IMG/VR virus record: IMGVR_UViG_3300028573_000011
Location: 1 to 64,000 of that record
Strand: one strand, 5' to 3'
From: a virus
DNA length: 64,000 nt
The notes under the pieces: generated by a model
Databases searched by the model: none
Told to the model about the DNA's origin: nothing
The model's input: only the letters and a program-made list of their open reading frames with translations
Translations under genes and position numbers: made by a program
In this document: in pieces, positions 26,361 through 35,811 of the stretch
How the letters are laid out: each line of letters opens with the position of its first letter
Numbering within the stretch: the stretch's first letter is position 1

Positions 26361-27215
26361 TCAGTCTCCTGTCGGGACAACAACGAGAGCGCCCAAGCGC
26401 TGTGCACACCGGTGATCGGCGATGCGCGTCAGCAGCTCGGCGGCGTCGAGTTCGTAGGGATCGGCGGGGCCGCCGAAGGGCCAGGCGCCGCAGGGATCGT
26501 GGCGGACGTAGGCATACGCGCGACCGTCGTCGTCGATGTCGCCGCGGATGCTGAACTCGGCGGGCGCGAGCGCTTTCGCGGCCGGCGTCGCGCGGGCGCC
26601 GAGCTTGGCCAGGGCGATGAGTTCGCGCATCTCGCTGACCTTCAGGGTCTTGCGATCGGGGTCGCGTTCCCACGGTGTCGTGGCCGCGATGTGGTTCCAA
26701 CCTGCGGCGGTGAAGACGTCGACGAACGTCTGGACTCGCGCGACGACGTCGGTGTCGTCGTCGGGTTGCCCGGCGCCCATGGCTTCGCCGGCCGCCCGGT
26801 TGGCTGCGGCCTCGCCTGCCGTCGTACCGGTCCAGTCGGACCAGGTTCCGGTGGTTTCGTCGAGCACCTGGGTGTCGAAGCCCTCGACGGGCTCGGGGTC
26901 ATCGCCGTCGCGGCCGGTGCCGATGAGCCACCAGGTGGTACGGACCCGGTACGTCCCGTACTGGTCGCCGGCGGGCCACCAATGGCGGTGCGGGTCATGG
27001 GCGAACCAGCAGCTCGCGCCCGGGGGCAGCGTTTCGCACTGGGCCGAGTGGCCCACCTCGTAGAGGTTGTGCAGGCCCGGGTCGAAGGGGTGGTCGCCCT
27101 GGAACAGCCGCAAGGTGTGCCAGGCGAAGGCCGCGCCGGTGCTGCTGGAGTAGCTGTCGTCGTCCTCGGCGGAAGCGCGCAGCGCCTTGACCACGTTCTC
27201 AGTGGGATTCGCCAT
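26361..27215 (-). CDS. Hypothetical protein
   Basis: HxxxCxxLPxGxxCxF motif shared with 28641-29468. Confidence 0.65.
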   Translation of the reverse strand: MANPTENVVKALRASAEDDDSYSSSTGAAFAWHTLRLFQGDHPFDPGLHNLYEVGHSAQCETLPPGASCWFAHDPHRHWWPAGDQYGTYRVRTTWWLIGTGRDGDDPEPVEGFDTQVLDETTGTWSDWTGTTAGEAAANRAAGEAMGAGQPDDDTDVVARVQTFVDVFTAAGWNHIAATTPWERDPDRKTLKVSEMRELIALAKLGARATPAAKALAPAEFSIRGDIDDDGRAYAYVRHDPCGAWPFGGPADPYELDAAELLTRIADHRCAQRLGALVVVPTGD

Positions 27216-27217
27216 GA

Positions 27218-28102
27218 TCACTCACCGGCCCTGGGCGTCTGCGCGTCAGCTGCGGTCGGGGAAACCGGTTCGGGATCGACCATGGGCACGATGCGTCCGA
27301 AGTGCCCCTGGAACGCGGCGGTCAGCACGGCTGTCGGACCGCTGCGATGCTTGGCCAGGATCAGATCGACCTCACCGAGGCGCGGGGTGTCGCGCTTGTC
27401 GGTGTCGGGGCGGTGGACGAGGATCACGAGGTCCGCGTCGTGTGCGTAGGTGTGGCGTGCCCCAAAGTCGGCCAGAGTGGGCGGGTCGTAGTAGTTCTTC
27501 GGCGTGCGGGGCGCCAGGTGAGTGGTCACGATGACGTGCATCTGGCGGTTGATGGCCCAGGCCTTCAGGAGGTGGGATGCCGCTGCGGTCCGCTCGTGGA
27601 TCAGGCGCGGGTCGGAACCGGCGTCGAGCAGGTCAACGCCGTCGATCACCAGGAGCTCGGGGGCGCCGTCGTCGTAGGCATCGAGGTACCTCTCGATGTC
27701 GGCGAAGGTGAGGGGGCTGTCGAGGATCAGCGGCAGCGGTTCGGCCTGGATGCGCTTGCGGGTCGCCTCCATCCGGGCGGCCTCGGCCGGCGCGGACACA
27801 CCGGCGGTGATCCAGTGCATGGCCACCTGGGATTCGGCGGCAGCGAAACGCCGAGCGGTGTCGTCGACCGAGCTCTGCAGGGCGGCGAAGTAGGTCTCGC
27901 GCTTGGCGGCAACGGCGGCGCGGGTGAGAGTGAGGGCGAGGGTGCTGCATCCGTGACTGGGCCGTCCGGCGATGACGGTGAGGTGTCCGGGCTGCAAGCC
28001 GCCCGTGAGGGTGTCGAGGTCGGGGAAGCCGGTAGGGATCCCAGCGGCGATGCTGTGGAGACCGTCGGTGACGGCATCGTGAATGTTGTGTGAGAGATCC
28101 AT
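27218..28102 (-). CDS. DnaB-like helicase C-terminal domain, degenerate Walker A
   Basis: GIPTGFPDLDTLTGGLQPGHLTVIAGRPSHGCS, DADLVILVHRPD, LILAKHRSGPT. Confidence 0.88.
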   Translation of the reverse strand: MDLSHNIHDAVTDGLHSIAAGIPTGFPDLDTLTGGLQPGHLTVIAGRPSHGCSTLALTLTRAAVAAKRETYFAALQSSVDDTARRFAAAESQVAMHWITAGVSAPAEAARMEATRKRIQAEPLPLILDSPLTFADIERYLDAYDDGAPELLVIDGVDLLDAGSDPRLIHERTAAASHLLKAWAINRQMHVIVTTHLAPRTPKNYYDPPTLADFGARHTYAHDADLVILVHRPDTDKRDTPRLGEVDLILAKHRSGPTAVLTAAFQGHFGRIVPMVDPEPVSPTAADAQTPRAGE

Positions 28103-28641
28103 CAGGCGTCCTTGGACTCGGGATTGATGTGGGATGCGCCAGCGGCAGCGCGCGCCGCGTCTGCGGCGGCCAGGTCGTACTCGGTCCAGCCATCGGCCCA
28201 CTGGGCGGGGCCCATGGCGGCGCTGATCCAGTCGTTGCCCGGGAAGGCGTGTGCCTCGAAGCCGAACGCGCGCGGCTCGTTCTTGGCGGGATGCTTGGCC
28301 AGCACGACGCAGGAGAAGATCTCGAGCAGCTCGGGAGGCGTCCACGGCGCGCGCCGGATGTAGGTCTTGCCGTCCTCGAAGAAGTCCGGCGTCTCCGGGG
28401 CCGCGGCCTGCTCGGCCAGGGCGACCTTCCGCATGAAGCGCTCGCTGACGTCAGCAGGAGTGCGCGCTCGGATCGCCAAGGCCTCCGGGGAGCCGAGACT
28501 CGACGCGGCGAGCAGCTCATCGAAGTCATCGACGGCGGCGCGGAGCGTCTTGGCCGGGAGCTCGAACAACTCGGACTCGGGGTAGGCGTCCAGCCAGCCG
28601 CGGATCTCTTCGATGGCGGTCGACGGGTCCGTGGCCGCCAT
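28102..28641 (-). CDS. Hypothetical protein
   Basis: TGATG-coupled ORF. Confidence 0.7.
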   Translation of the reverse strand: MAATDPSTAIEEIRGWLDAYPESELFELPAKTLRAAVDDFDELLAASSLGSPEALAIRARTPADVSERFMRKVALAEQAAAPETPDFFEDGKTYIRRAPWTPPELLEIFSCVVLAKHPAKNEPRAFGFEAHAFPGNDWISAAMGPAQWADGWTEYDLAAADAARAAAGASHINPESKDA

Positions 28642-29468
28642 CAGAGGTCGTCCCGCCCCACTCGGGTCATGGGGCCGAAGTGCTGCTGGACCTCGTTGGC
28701 GTTGGCGTCGCCGGGGTGGAGGGTGCGCAGCGTTCCGTTGGGGAGCGTCACCCAGGGGTCGCCCTCGCTGTCGCGCCAGAAGGTGCCGCCGGGGCCCGGG
28801 AACTGCGGCACGACAGGCTCGGGCTGGCCGACGCGGGTGATCGGCTTCTCATCGACGTAGATGTACTCGTCGCTGACAGCGCCGTTGGCACCCGACAGAA
28901 CCACCCAGGCCGCGTACTCGCCGGGCGTGGTTCCGGGGGCGATCGGGATCTCGCCCTGGGCGACCTGGTCGAAGGCGCAGGTCTCGCCGTACGGGAGACG
29001 GTCGCAGTCCGGTCCGTGGGTGATCGTGTAGTTCCAGGTGCCGTCGGCACGCTGGTCGCTGACGACGATGGTGTGGATCGCGAAGGGGTTCGGCTCGGGC
29101 TCGTGGCCGGCGCGCCAGGCCAGCAGCTGGTTCACGAACCAAGTGGACGTGGCGGCCTTGACGAGGCCGACGCGCGGGTTCCGCTCGGGGTCGTCGTCGA
29201 CCTCGTCAGTGAAGTACACGTCGTGGTCCGTGAGCAGCTGGTCCAGGAGGATCGCGCTGCCGGTGCCAGGCATCGTGATCACGCGGTCAACGAACGCTTC
29301 GGCCCAGGCCTGGTTGTAGGCGGCGCGCTCCTGGGGCGTGATGTTCGCCGGCCAGGTCATGCTCAGGGCCGCGCGGAGCACGTCGGCCGCGTTCGGGGCG
29401 TTGGTGACCAGCAAGTCCATGGACTGCCTGGGGTCGCTCAGGGGCGCTTCGACGGTGGTGTCGGTCAT
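28641..29468 (-). CDS. Hypothetical protein
   Basis: RBS GAAGGA; C-terminal WRDSEGDPW...FGPM module. Confidence 0.7.
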   Translation of the reverse strand: MTDTTVEAPLSDPRQSMDLLVTNAPNAADVLRAALSMTWPANITPQERAAYNQAWAEAFVDRVITMPGTGSAILLDQLLTDHDVYFTDEVDDDPERNPRVGLVKAATSTWFVNQLLAWRAGHEPEPNPFAIHTIVVSDQRADGTWNYTITHGPDCDRLPYGETCAFDQVAQGEIPIAPGTTPGEYAAWVVLSGANGAVSDEYIYVDEKPITRVGQPEPVVPQFPGPGGTFWRDSEGDPWVTLPNGTLRTLHPGDANANEVQQHFGPMTRVGRDDL

Positions 29469-29635
29469 CAGAATTCCTTCGTGCCGCTGCGGCGACGTCA
29501 TCGTGGGCTGATCTTCCAGGCATGCCGGAAGAAGGATGGTGAAGGGGGATCTTGGACAGCTGCAGAACGCAGCGTCTTGTGTCTAACGAGGTAGCCCCGG
29601 CTCGGGTAGCTCCCGAAGCCGGGGCGAAAGCCGGT

Positions 29636-30553
29636 TCAGGTCCGGGCGGTGCGGATCGCCTCGGCGAGGTCCAGGATCGCGATGCAGAGCGCTTCGGTGG
29701 CGGCGAGCTGGACGGAGTCCTGGCGGGTGACGTTGTCGCCGGGGATGGAGTGCAGGAGGTGCTCGGCCCGGCCGGCGGCGGTCCGCGGCTTGTACTCGTG
29801 GCGGCCACCCCTGGCCAGCGCCCGGCCGATCGTGGCCAGGCCGTCGAGGGGCCCAACCGGCAGGTACCTGCCCTCGTTCTCGGAGAGACCCTCGTCGTCC
29901 TCGGCGAAGATCCACACGTCGCCGTCGCGGAGCGTGGCCACGACGCCCGGCCGGTACTCCCCCTCCCAGTCGCCCGACTCGTCGTCGTAGTGGCGGGTGT
30001 CCTGCGCGGGGAAGATCGGCACGCAGAGCGCGCCGTCGTCGCTGTTGCGGACCGCCACCTTCTTGTCGACGGGCACGCCGATGGCCTCGAACGCGTCCCA
30101 GATCCTCTGGAAGTCGGCGGCGGCCGTCTCCTGCGCGGCCGCGGTGCGCCTGGTCTCCTCGTGGTCGAAGGCGGCGGCAGCGCGCGCCGCCAGTTCGCTG
30201 GTGTCGTTCATCGGGACTGCTTCCTGATCAGTGGCCGGCCGCGGTCGGCTGGCCGAAGTGAGTCGCCCGCCGGGTGTTGATCCCGGGTCTGCCTCGGTGC
30301 CGTCAGCGGTGTGGAACCGCTTGGCCTCGGCCTCGCGCATCCGCTTGCACAGCTTGCACTCGAACATGCAACGCGTCTCGATCAGCTGTACCGCCTCGTC
30401 GAAGGTGCACTCGGTGAGGTCCGGACAGTTGCCGCGGCCGACGCCGTTGCGCAACCGCTGGTAGTTCGCGACGGTCGCGCATCGCATGGTGTGGGCGACT
30501 CCGCGTCCCTGGCTGCTCAGGTGGGCGGTGCGGGTGGCGGTCGCGGTGGTCAT
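29636..30553 (-). CDS. Hypothetical protein (possible second in-frame start at 30211)
   Basis: N-terminal HxxxC...CKLC zinc motif; acidic C-terminal part with its own RBS. Confidence 0.6.
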   Translation of the reverse strand: MTTATATRTAHLSSQGRGVAHTMRCATVANYQRLRNGVGRGNCPDLTECTFDEAVQLIETRCMFECKLCKRMREAEAKRFHTADGTEADPGSTPGGRLTSASRPRPATDQEAVPMNDTSELAARAAAAFDHEETRRTAAAQETAAADFQRIWDAFEAIGVPVDKKVAVRNSDDGALCVPIFPAQDTRHYDDESGDWEGEYRPGVVATLRDGDVWIFAEDDEGLSENEGRYLPVGPLDGLATIGRALARGGRHEYKPRTAAGRAEHLLHSIPGDNVTRQDSVQLAATEALCIAILDLAEAIRTART

Positions 30554-30572
30554 GTCGGAGCCCTTCTCGCTA

Positions 30573-30640
30573 AAGTCACTTTTTGTGACTCTAGAACCAT
30601 GCTCTCACCAGCCGCTTCTAAAGTCAACGAATGTGACTTA
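30573..30640. promoter_or_regulatory. Two palindromic operators between divergent genes
   Basis: AGTCAC-TTTTT-GTGACT and AAGTCA-ACGAATG-TGACTT, both preceded by CTAA. Confidence 0.7.
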
Positions 30641-30696
30641 CGATGGGCTGGGAACCACCCCACCGATCTGCGATCATGTGCCGAGTGGAGGACGTG

Positions 30697-30909
30697 ATGA
30701 GTCGACTAGCCGCTCAAGCCGCGCGCGAAGCCGGCGAGCGCGCCAGGACCGAGGCCCTCATCGTCGAGGCGTACGGCGACGACCGCAGCCTCCGCGACAT
30801 CGCGCGCACCGTCGAGCTCAGCCACGAGCAAGTGCGCCGAATCCTGACGCGCCACGGAGTCGAGATCCGCGGCCGCGGTCGCGCCGCCCAGCCGAAGCCC
30901 GCCGAGTAG
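30697..30909 (+). CDS. Small HTH DNA-binding protein
   Basis: SLRDIARTVELSHEQVRRIL...GVEIR; RBS GGAGG. Confidence 0.8.
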   Translation: MSRLAAQAAREAGERARTEALIVEAYGDDRSLRDIARTVELSHEQVRRILTRHGVEIRGRGRAAQPKPAE

Positions 30910-31054
30910 GACTCGTCACCACATCAGGGCTTCGCCCAAAAGCGGCTCATCGCCCGGTTCATCTTCTTCTCCGCGCGGCGCCGCTGCTTCGGAGTGAGGA
31001 GCGACTCCGGCCCTTTACTACGGGTGTAGACCGCGATACGGCGCTGTGTGTCCA

Positions 31055-31546
31055 CTAGTCCACGCCTTCGGACAGTTCTTCGTCGACGCGTTTCCAGCCA
31101 CCGACGGAACGCCGGTACAGGTAGTTCTGGCAGTCGGGGTCCTCAGCGAAGTGGCGCGCGTCGGCTTCCCGCATGATGTGGTTCGAGTCGTAGGGGTCGA
31201 CGTCGTCGCCGAGCGTCCACTCCGGGCGCATTCCGTTGAGCTGCCGGCGCGCCTCGGCCAGCTTGGCGCATGTGGAGTCGTAGACGTCGAGCAGCGCACG
31301 CAGCTCATCCAGCGTCGTCTCGGGCTGTGGGAGGTCGTGGTCGAAGGCGAACGGACGTGCCGGTCCAAGCAGTTGCGGCGCCAGCTGGACCACGTAGCTG
31401 TGGCGGTAGTGCGTCGGCGGGCTGATGTCGTCGGGACCGATCGCGGCCGAGGCCCTCTCGATCTCCCGGACCCGGGCCCGGAGCCACGCCAGGGCCGTAT
31501 CGGCGAGCGCTTGGCGTGTACTGACCGCCGGCCCGGCTGCGTTCAC
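31055..31546 (-). CDS. Hypothetical protein
   Basis: Coupled ORF. Confidence 0.6.
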   Translation of the reverse strand: MNAAGPAVSTRQALADTALAWLRARVREIERASAAIGPDDISPPTHYRHSYVVQLAPQLLGPARPFAFDHDLPQPETTLDELRALLDVYDSTCAKLAEARRQLNGMRPEWTLGDDVDPYDSNHIMREADARHFAEDPDCQNYLYRRSVGGWKRVDEELSEGVD

Positions 31547-31824
31547 AGGGTCACCGCCGGGTCGAGATTCATGCAGGCGTTGTCCGGCAGCTCGGCGCCG
31601 TCCTCGTGCGGGATCGTCCAGGCGCCGACGCCGTCGAGCACAACAAGCGCGCCGACAGTCCAGGTTGGCGGCCGCGGGTTGGTACCTTCGAGGCCCTGGA
31701 CGTTGCGAAGGTCGTGATCTTCGATGACGGCGCCGCACCAGCCACAACGCTGGCGCAGGTGCGGGCCGATCTGGATGTCAGTGCCTGCGATGTGAGTGAT
31801 CTGGCCCCTGGGCTCCTGCATCAT
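31543..31824 (-). CDS. Hypothetical protein (QRCGWCG)
   Basis: Zinc-ribbon-like motif. Confidence 0.65.
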   Translation of the reverse strand: MMQEPRGQITHIAGTDIQIGPHLRQRCGWCGAVIEDHDLRNVQGLEGTNPRPPTWTVGALVVLDGVGAWTIPHEDGAELPDNACMNLDPAVTL

Positions 31825-31830
31825 CGGGCC

Positions 31831-32175
31831 TCAGCTGAACTTGGAGGTCAGTCGCCACAGGGGCGTCTGGTCAGTCAGGTTGTAGTCGAGCACGGCCGCG
31901 GCGGCGGCCAGCTGCTCGGCGGCGTCCGGCGGCAGTTCCAGGGACTCGATCTCTGTGGCTGCGCCGGCCGTGTTGTGGTGCGATGCAACAGCGAGGATCG
32001 TGGCGCCCGTGTGGTCGTCGTAGACGAGGGTGACGGGGTTCTCGATTCCGGCCGCGCGGAGTGACCGGGTGCCGTATTCGCCGATGTCGTCCAGGTCGTC
32101 GTTGTCGTGCCAGTGCGGGGACTGGTTGGTGACGTCGTGGCCGTACGTGAGTGCGGCTCTGGCGCTGTAGCCCAT
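31831..32175 (-). CDS. Hypothetical protein
   Basis: RBS GGAGG, TGATG coupling. Confidence 0.7.
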   Translation of the reverse strand: MGYSARAALTYGHDVTNQSPHWHDNDDLDDIGEYGTRSLRAAGIENPVTLVYDDHTGATILAVASHHNTAGAATEIESLELPPDAAEQLAAAAAVLDYNLTDQTPLWRLTSKFS

Positions 32176-32705
32176 CAGGTCTGTCCTCCGTGTTGGTTGT
32201 CGGCGCGGTTCTCGGCGTTGTCGGAGCCGTGTGCCCACAGCGCGCGCCCGGTGCCGTCGCCGGTGAGCCAGTCGGGCAGGACGTCCCAGGACAGTCCGTC
32301 GCCGAAGACGTCGTCGTCGCCGATGAAGTCGCGCAGCCGGTTGAAGATGACCTTGGTGAGGTCGCGTGCGTCGTCGATCAGCGTGTCGGGCGCGATGTCG
32401 CGCCAGCGGTGGCCGTTGCCGTCGTCGTGGTCGCCGTCGTGGCCGTCGTTGAGGGTGCAGACATGATCGCCTTCCCAGTCTTCCGTTTCGCAGGGAAGGT
32501 GGATGTCGTGCTGGCGGAAGGCTGCGATGATCGCGGGCTCAGTGGAGTACTGAGCGAGGCTGTCGTGGTGGGTGTCCCAGTCCTCGCTGCGTAGCAGGCT
32601 GATGAGGTCCGAGCACACCTCGGTGACGACGTCGTCCGGGGCGCCGCTCTCCAGGAGAGAGTCGGCCACCCGCTCGAAGATGGTCCCTGCTGTTCCCCAG
32701 CCCAT
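32175..32705 (-). CDS. Hypothetical protein (MGW..A..IF; DWDT; LPDWLTG..GRALW)
   Basis: Coupled modular ORF. Confidence 0.75.
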   Translation of the reverse strand: MGWGTAGTIFERVADSLLESGAPDDVVTEVCSDLISLLRSEDWDTHHDSLAQYSTEPAIIAAFRQHDIHLPCETEDWEGDHVCTLNDGHDGDHDDGNGHRWRDIAPDTLIDDARDLTKVIFNRLRDFIGDDDVFGDGLSWDVLPDWLTGDGTGRALWAHGSDNAENRADNQHGGQT

Positions 32706-33106
32706 CAGGCACCGCCGCCGGTCGGGATGACGACGATCAGCGCGGCTCCGTGAACGACGTGGCCGGCACGGATGACGGTGAGGGTGCCTGGCTGTGCGTC
32801 GAACCAGAGGTCGGTGAACGGGAAGTGCTCGTCCTCGTCGGCGATATCGGACGCGTCGGCGCCGGTGACGGAGACCAGACGAAGGCTGACGCCGCTCGCG
32901 CTGCGCTCGTCCGCCTCGGCGAGGTAGGTCAGGCCGATGCCGACGTCCTCGGCTGAAGCGCTGAGAACGACGTCGCCGGCCTGGAGCGGATACCAGGGCT
33001 GCGCCTCAAGGTTGTCCTCGGCGGCCTGCAGAACCGTCATAGCAGTGCCGAGGTGGCTATGGTGCATCGCTTTGATGGCAGTCTCGTTTGGGGACTGGTC
33101 GGTCAT
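32705..33106 (-). CDS. Hypothetical protein
   Basis: Coupled ORF (PWYPLQAGDVV...VIRAG). Confidence 0.7.
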   Translation of the reverse strand: MTDQSPNETAIKAMHHSHLGTAMTVLQAAEDNLEAQPWYPLQAGDVVLSASAEDVGIGLTYLAEADERSASGVSLRLVSVTGADASDIADEDEHFPFTDLWFDAQPGTLTVIRAGHVVHGAALIVVIPTGGGA

Positions 33107-33149
33107 GAGGGTCTCGATCCTGATCGTGAGTCAGCGCGCACTGTGCTGC

Positions 33150-33788
33150 TCATGAGCGGCCCCCCAGCGCGAACTCGGTCTTGTCCTGGGTGGGCTGCTG
33201 CTGCTCTGCCTCGGTGAGGTCGTCAACGTTCACGGCGCCGCGGATACGTTCCAGGAGCTCGCGGCCCTCCTTGACGGCGCATGGCCGGGATGACAGGTGC
33301 GTCTCGCAGTCGCCGTGGTGGTTGGGGACGCAGGGGTCGTCCTGGTGGTCGACGAGGCGGCCGAGGACGTTCAGCATGGCGGACTGGTCGGCGGCGGCAA
33401 TCGGGGTGGTGCGCGCGCCCAGCTGGTCAACGAGGGTGAGGACAACGTCGAGATCGTCGTCAGCGCTCGGGACCACGGGTCGGGGTACGAGTCCCGCGTC
33501 GTATTTGATGGCGTTGCGCAGCTGGCGGTCCTCGGCGCGCGCCCGGATCCGGTTCAGCACCGTGATGTCTGGGATGGGCTGGCCGAGGCGCTCGATGCGC
33601 TGGATGGCGTCGCGGATGTCGCCGGCGTGCAGCGGGACGTATTCGCCGATCTCTCCGGCCCACTGGGCTTCGTGGCCGTGCTGGCAGGCCACGACGGCGG
33701 TTCCGTGGCCAGCCCGTGCGTAGGCGCCGTACCAGGCGCGCAGCCGGTCCAAGACCGTGCCGGTTGCGGGGCGTGGGCGGTCAGTCAT
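33150..33788 (-). CDS. Hypothetical protein
   Basis: RBS GAGGA; C..HHG.C..H...PC motif. Confidence 0.65.
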   Translation of the reverse strand: MTDRPRPATGTVLDRLRAWYGAYARAGHGTAVVACQHGHEAQWAGEIGEYVPLHAGDIRDAIQRIERLGQPIPDITVLNRIRARAEDRQLRNAIKYDAGLVPRPVVPSADDDLDVVLTLVDQLGARTTPIAAADQSAMLNVLGRLVDHQDDPCVPNHHGDCETHLSSRPCAVKEGRELLERIRGAVNVDDLTEAEQQQPTQDKTEFALGGRS

Positions 33789-34314
33789 CGGTGTCCTCGG
33801 GGGTGCGGGGTGCGGGGTTGGTGACGGCGTCGCCGGTGATGCGGGCGCGTTCCTTGGCTGCTTCGAGCTCGGCCATGCGGATCTCGAGTTCGATGGCTGC
33901 GGCGCGTGCTTCGGCTTCGGCACCTCGGCGCCGGCGCAGCTCGGCCAGGTCGTCACGGATACGGCGGGCAGCGGCCCGGACGCGGAGGTTGTCGTGGCGG
34001 CTGCCCCAGTCGAGCAGGTCGCCGACGGTATCCGTGATCGGCTCGGTTGTCGCGCCGGTAGCCGCGGTTGTTGCCGTCCGGGTTGTCGTTTTGGTTGTCG
34101 TTCCGGTTGTCCGTGGCGTGCGGGGGCGCGACCGTGAAGCGGAGGTGCCGGCGCGCGCCGTGAGCGGTCCGTGGGTGGCGTTGTCGAGGGCGTCTTGGAC
34201 GTCGCGCTCGTTCAGGCCGGTCTGCTTGGCGATCTCCGCGACGGTCTTTCCGGCGGCTCGGAGGCCGACGACGTGGGTGTGCGGGAGTTCGGGTAGGACG
34301 GCGGGCGCTGTCAT
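33781..34314 (-). CDS. HTH plus coiled-coil protein
   Basis: LRAAGKTVAEIAKQTGLNERDV. Confidence 0.65.
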   Translation of the reverse strand: MTAPAVLPELPHTHVVGLRAAGKTVAEIAKQTGLNERDVQDALDNATHGPLTARAGTSASRSRPRTPRTTGTTTKTTTRTATTAATGATTEPITDTVGDLLDWGSRHDNLRVRAAARRIRDDLAELRRRRGAEAEARAAAIELEIRMAELEAAKERARITGDAVTNPAPRTPEDTDD

Positions 34315-34481
34315 TCGGCGTCCGGTGCGGCGGTCAGGGCGGTGTGCTGGGCGTCGGCGGCGCGGAGGCGCTCGTAGGCGTTGGGAACCGCCGCCAGGAG
34401 CTCGGTCAGGTCGGCGGGTGTCCGGGGCTGCCACTCGACCAGCAGGCCGTCAGGGGCGCGGTGTCGTGCGCGACCGGTCAT
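34311..34481 (-). CDS. Small hypothetical protein
   Basis: ATGA overlaps on both sides. Confidence 0.5.
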   Translation of the reverse strand: MTGRARHRAPDGLLVEWQPRTPADLTELLAAVPNAYERLRAADAQHTALTAAPDAE

Positions 34482-34771
34482 GATCGTCGGGTCCTGTCGT
34501 CGTCGGGGGCCGGCCAGTGGCGGCCGATGACGCGGTCGACGCGCTGGTCGGGCCGGTGGGCATGGCGGAGTGCTTCGGCTTGGAGGCGGCGGGCGCGGAC
34601 GTCCCGCAGGTTCGGGATGGGCAGCGCGACCGCCGCGGCGTAGAGCGCGCCGGCGAGAAGCCCGAGGAGAACGCTGCCTGTGAGCAGTGCTGCCAGCGCG
34701 AAGGCGGTGGCGAACACGGCGACGTCCCGGGCGCGCGCGCCGAAGCCGGGCCAGGAGCGGCGGGGCGTCAC
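34478..34771 (-). CDS. Membrane protein
   Basis: Two TM helices; RBS GGAGG. Confidence 0.65.
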   Translation of the reverse strand: MTPRRSWPGFGARARDVAVFATAFALAALLTGSVLLGLLAGALYAAAVALPIPNLRDVRARRLQAEALRHAHRPDQRVDRVIGRHWPAPDDDRTRRS

Positions 34772-35253
34772 GGCTGGTTCCTCCGCGCAGCGGTCCTGGC
34801 CGCCGTTTCGGGCTCGGGTTGGGTTTCCCACTGGGCCATCAGCAGGTTTCGGGCTCTGCTCGCCGTGGCGGCGTTCGCCACGATGGTGACCCAGCCGATC
34901 ACGAGGTAGACGATCGATGTCTTGGCGTGGCCGGTCAGTGCCTTGTACATCGCCCAGGCCCACAGGAGGCTGGTGGCCGTTCCCGCGGCGTAGGAGAGGC
35001 GCTGCCAGACGCGAGGGCTCCGGCGGAGTCGTTGCACGCGCATCTGGGTGTGGTCTGAGAGGACGTCGGCGTTCCACAGGGCCACGGCCCAGAGCACGAA
35101 AGCGCTCGCCGCAGTGCCCAGCAGGATGGACGACGCCAGGGGGTGGGATGTCAGCAGGGCTACGAGTGACGCGATGGCGGTCAGGACGGACGTGAGTGCG
35201 GCGATGCACATCACGACGCGCCAGACGAGGGCGCGGGTCGAGCACGAGTCCAT
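34768..35253 (-). CDS. Membrane protein (4 TM)
   Basis: Four hydrophobic segments. Confidence 0.65.
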   Translation of the reverse strand: MDSCSTRALVWRVVMCIAALTSVLTAIASLVALLTSHPLASSILLGTAASAFVLWAVALWNADVLSDHTQMRVQRLRRSPRVWQRLSYAAGTATSLLWAWAMYKALTGHAKTSIVYLVIGWVTIVANAATASRARNLLMAQWETQPEPETAARTAARRNQP

Positions 35254-35327
35254 GGGGATGCTCCGGGGTTCCGGCGGGGAGAGCGCCGGGGCGGCATGTG
35301 CCGCCCCGGCGCCGGTGGCGGGGTGGA

Positions 35328-35747
35328 TCAGTCGGCGACGGTGCGGACCTCGTCGGCCATCTCGCGCTGGCGGCCGCACTGGTAGGTGCCGGGGACGAAC
35401 TGGAAGGCGCCGTGCTCCGGGTGGAGCATGAACGCCTCGGAGCCCTCGGGGACGCGCAGGGTGCCGAGCGCCAGGCCGCCGTTGTTCGGGGCGGGCTCGT
35501 AGTAGATCGGTCCGTTGCCGTGCAGGCTGTGGGTGTTGCCGCCGTTCTCGCCGGCGACGACGGCGACGCCGTCGGCCGGGACGGGCTCGGTGCCCTCGGC
35601 GATCACGGGCAGGTCGGTGCCGATGCGCAGGATGCTGACGTCGCCCTGGCAGGCCGCCGTGGTCACGACGGGGATGGCGGCCTCGAGGTCGAGGTGCTCC
35701 AGGACGTCGACGCCGGTGGCGTCGGTCAGCTCGGCGAGTGTGGTCAT
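35328..35747 (-). CDS. His-motif partner protein of DUF6745-like genes
   Basis: QGDV...GE...THSL...HPEH....PGTY...RQRE...VAD. Confidence 0.8.
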   Translation of the reverse strand: MTTLAELTDATGVDVLEHLDLEAAIPVVTTAACQGDVSILRIGTDLPVIAEGTEPVPADGVAVVAGENGGNTHSLHGNGPIYYEPAPNNGGLALGTLRVPEGSEAFMLHPEHGAFQFVPGTYQCGRQREMADEVRTVAD

Positions 35748-35811
35748 CAGTGTCTGCCTCTCGTGATGAGGGGTGACCGGGATCCGCGGGTGCGGTCCCG
35801 GGGTCTGTGGG

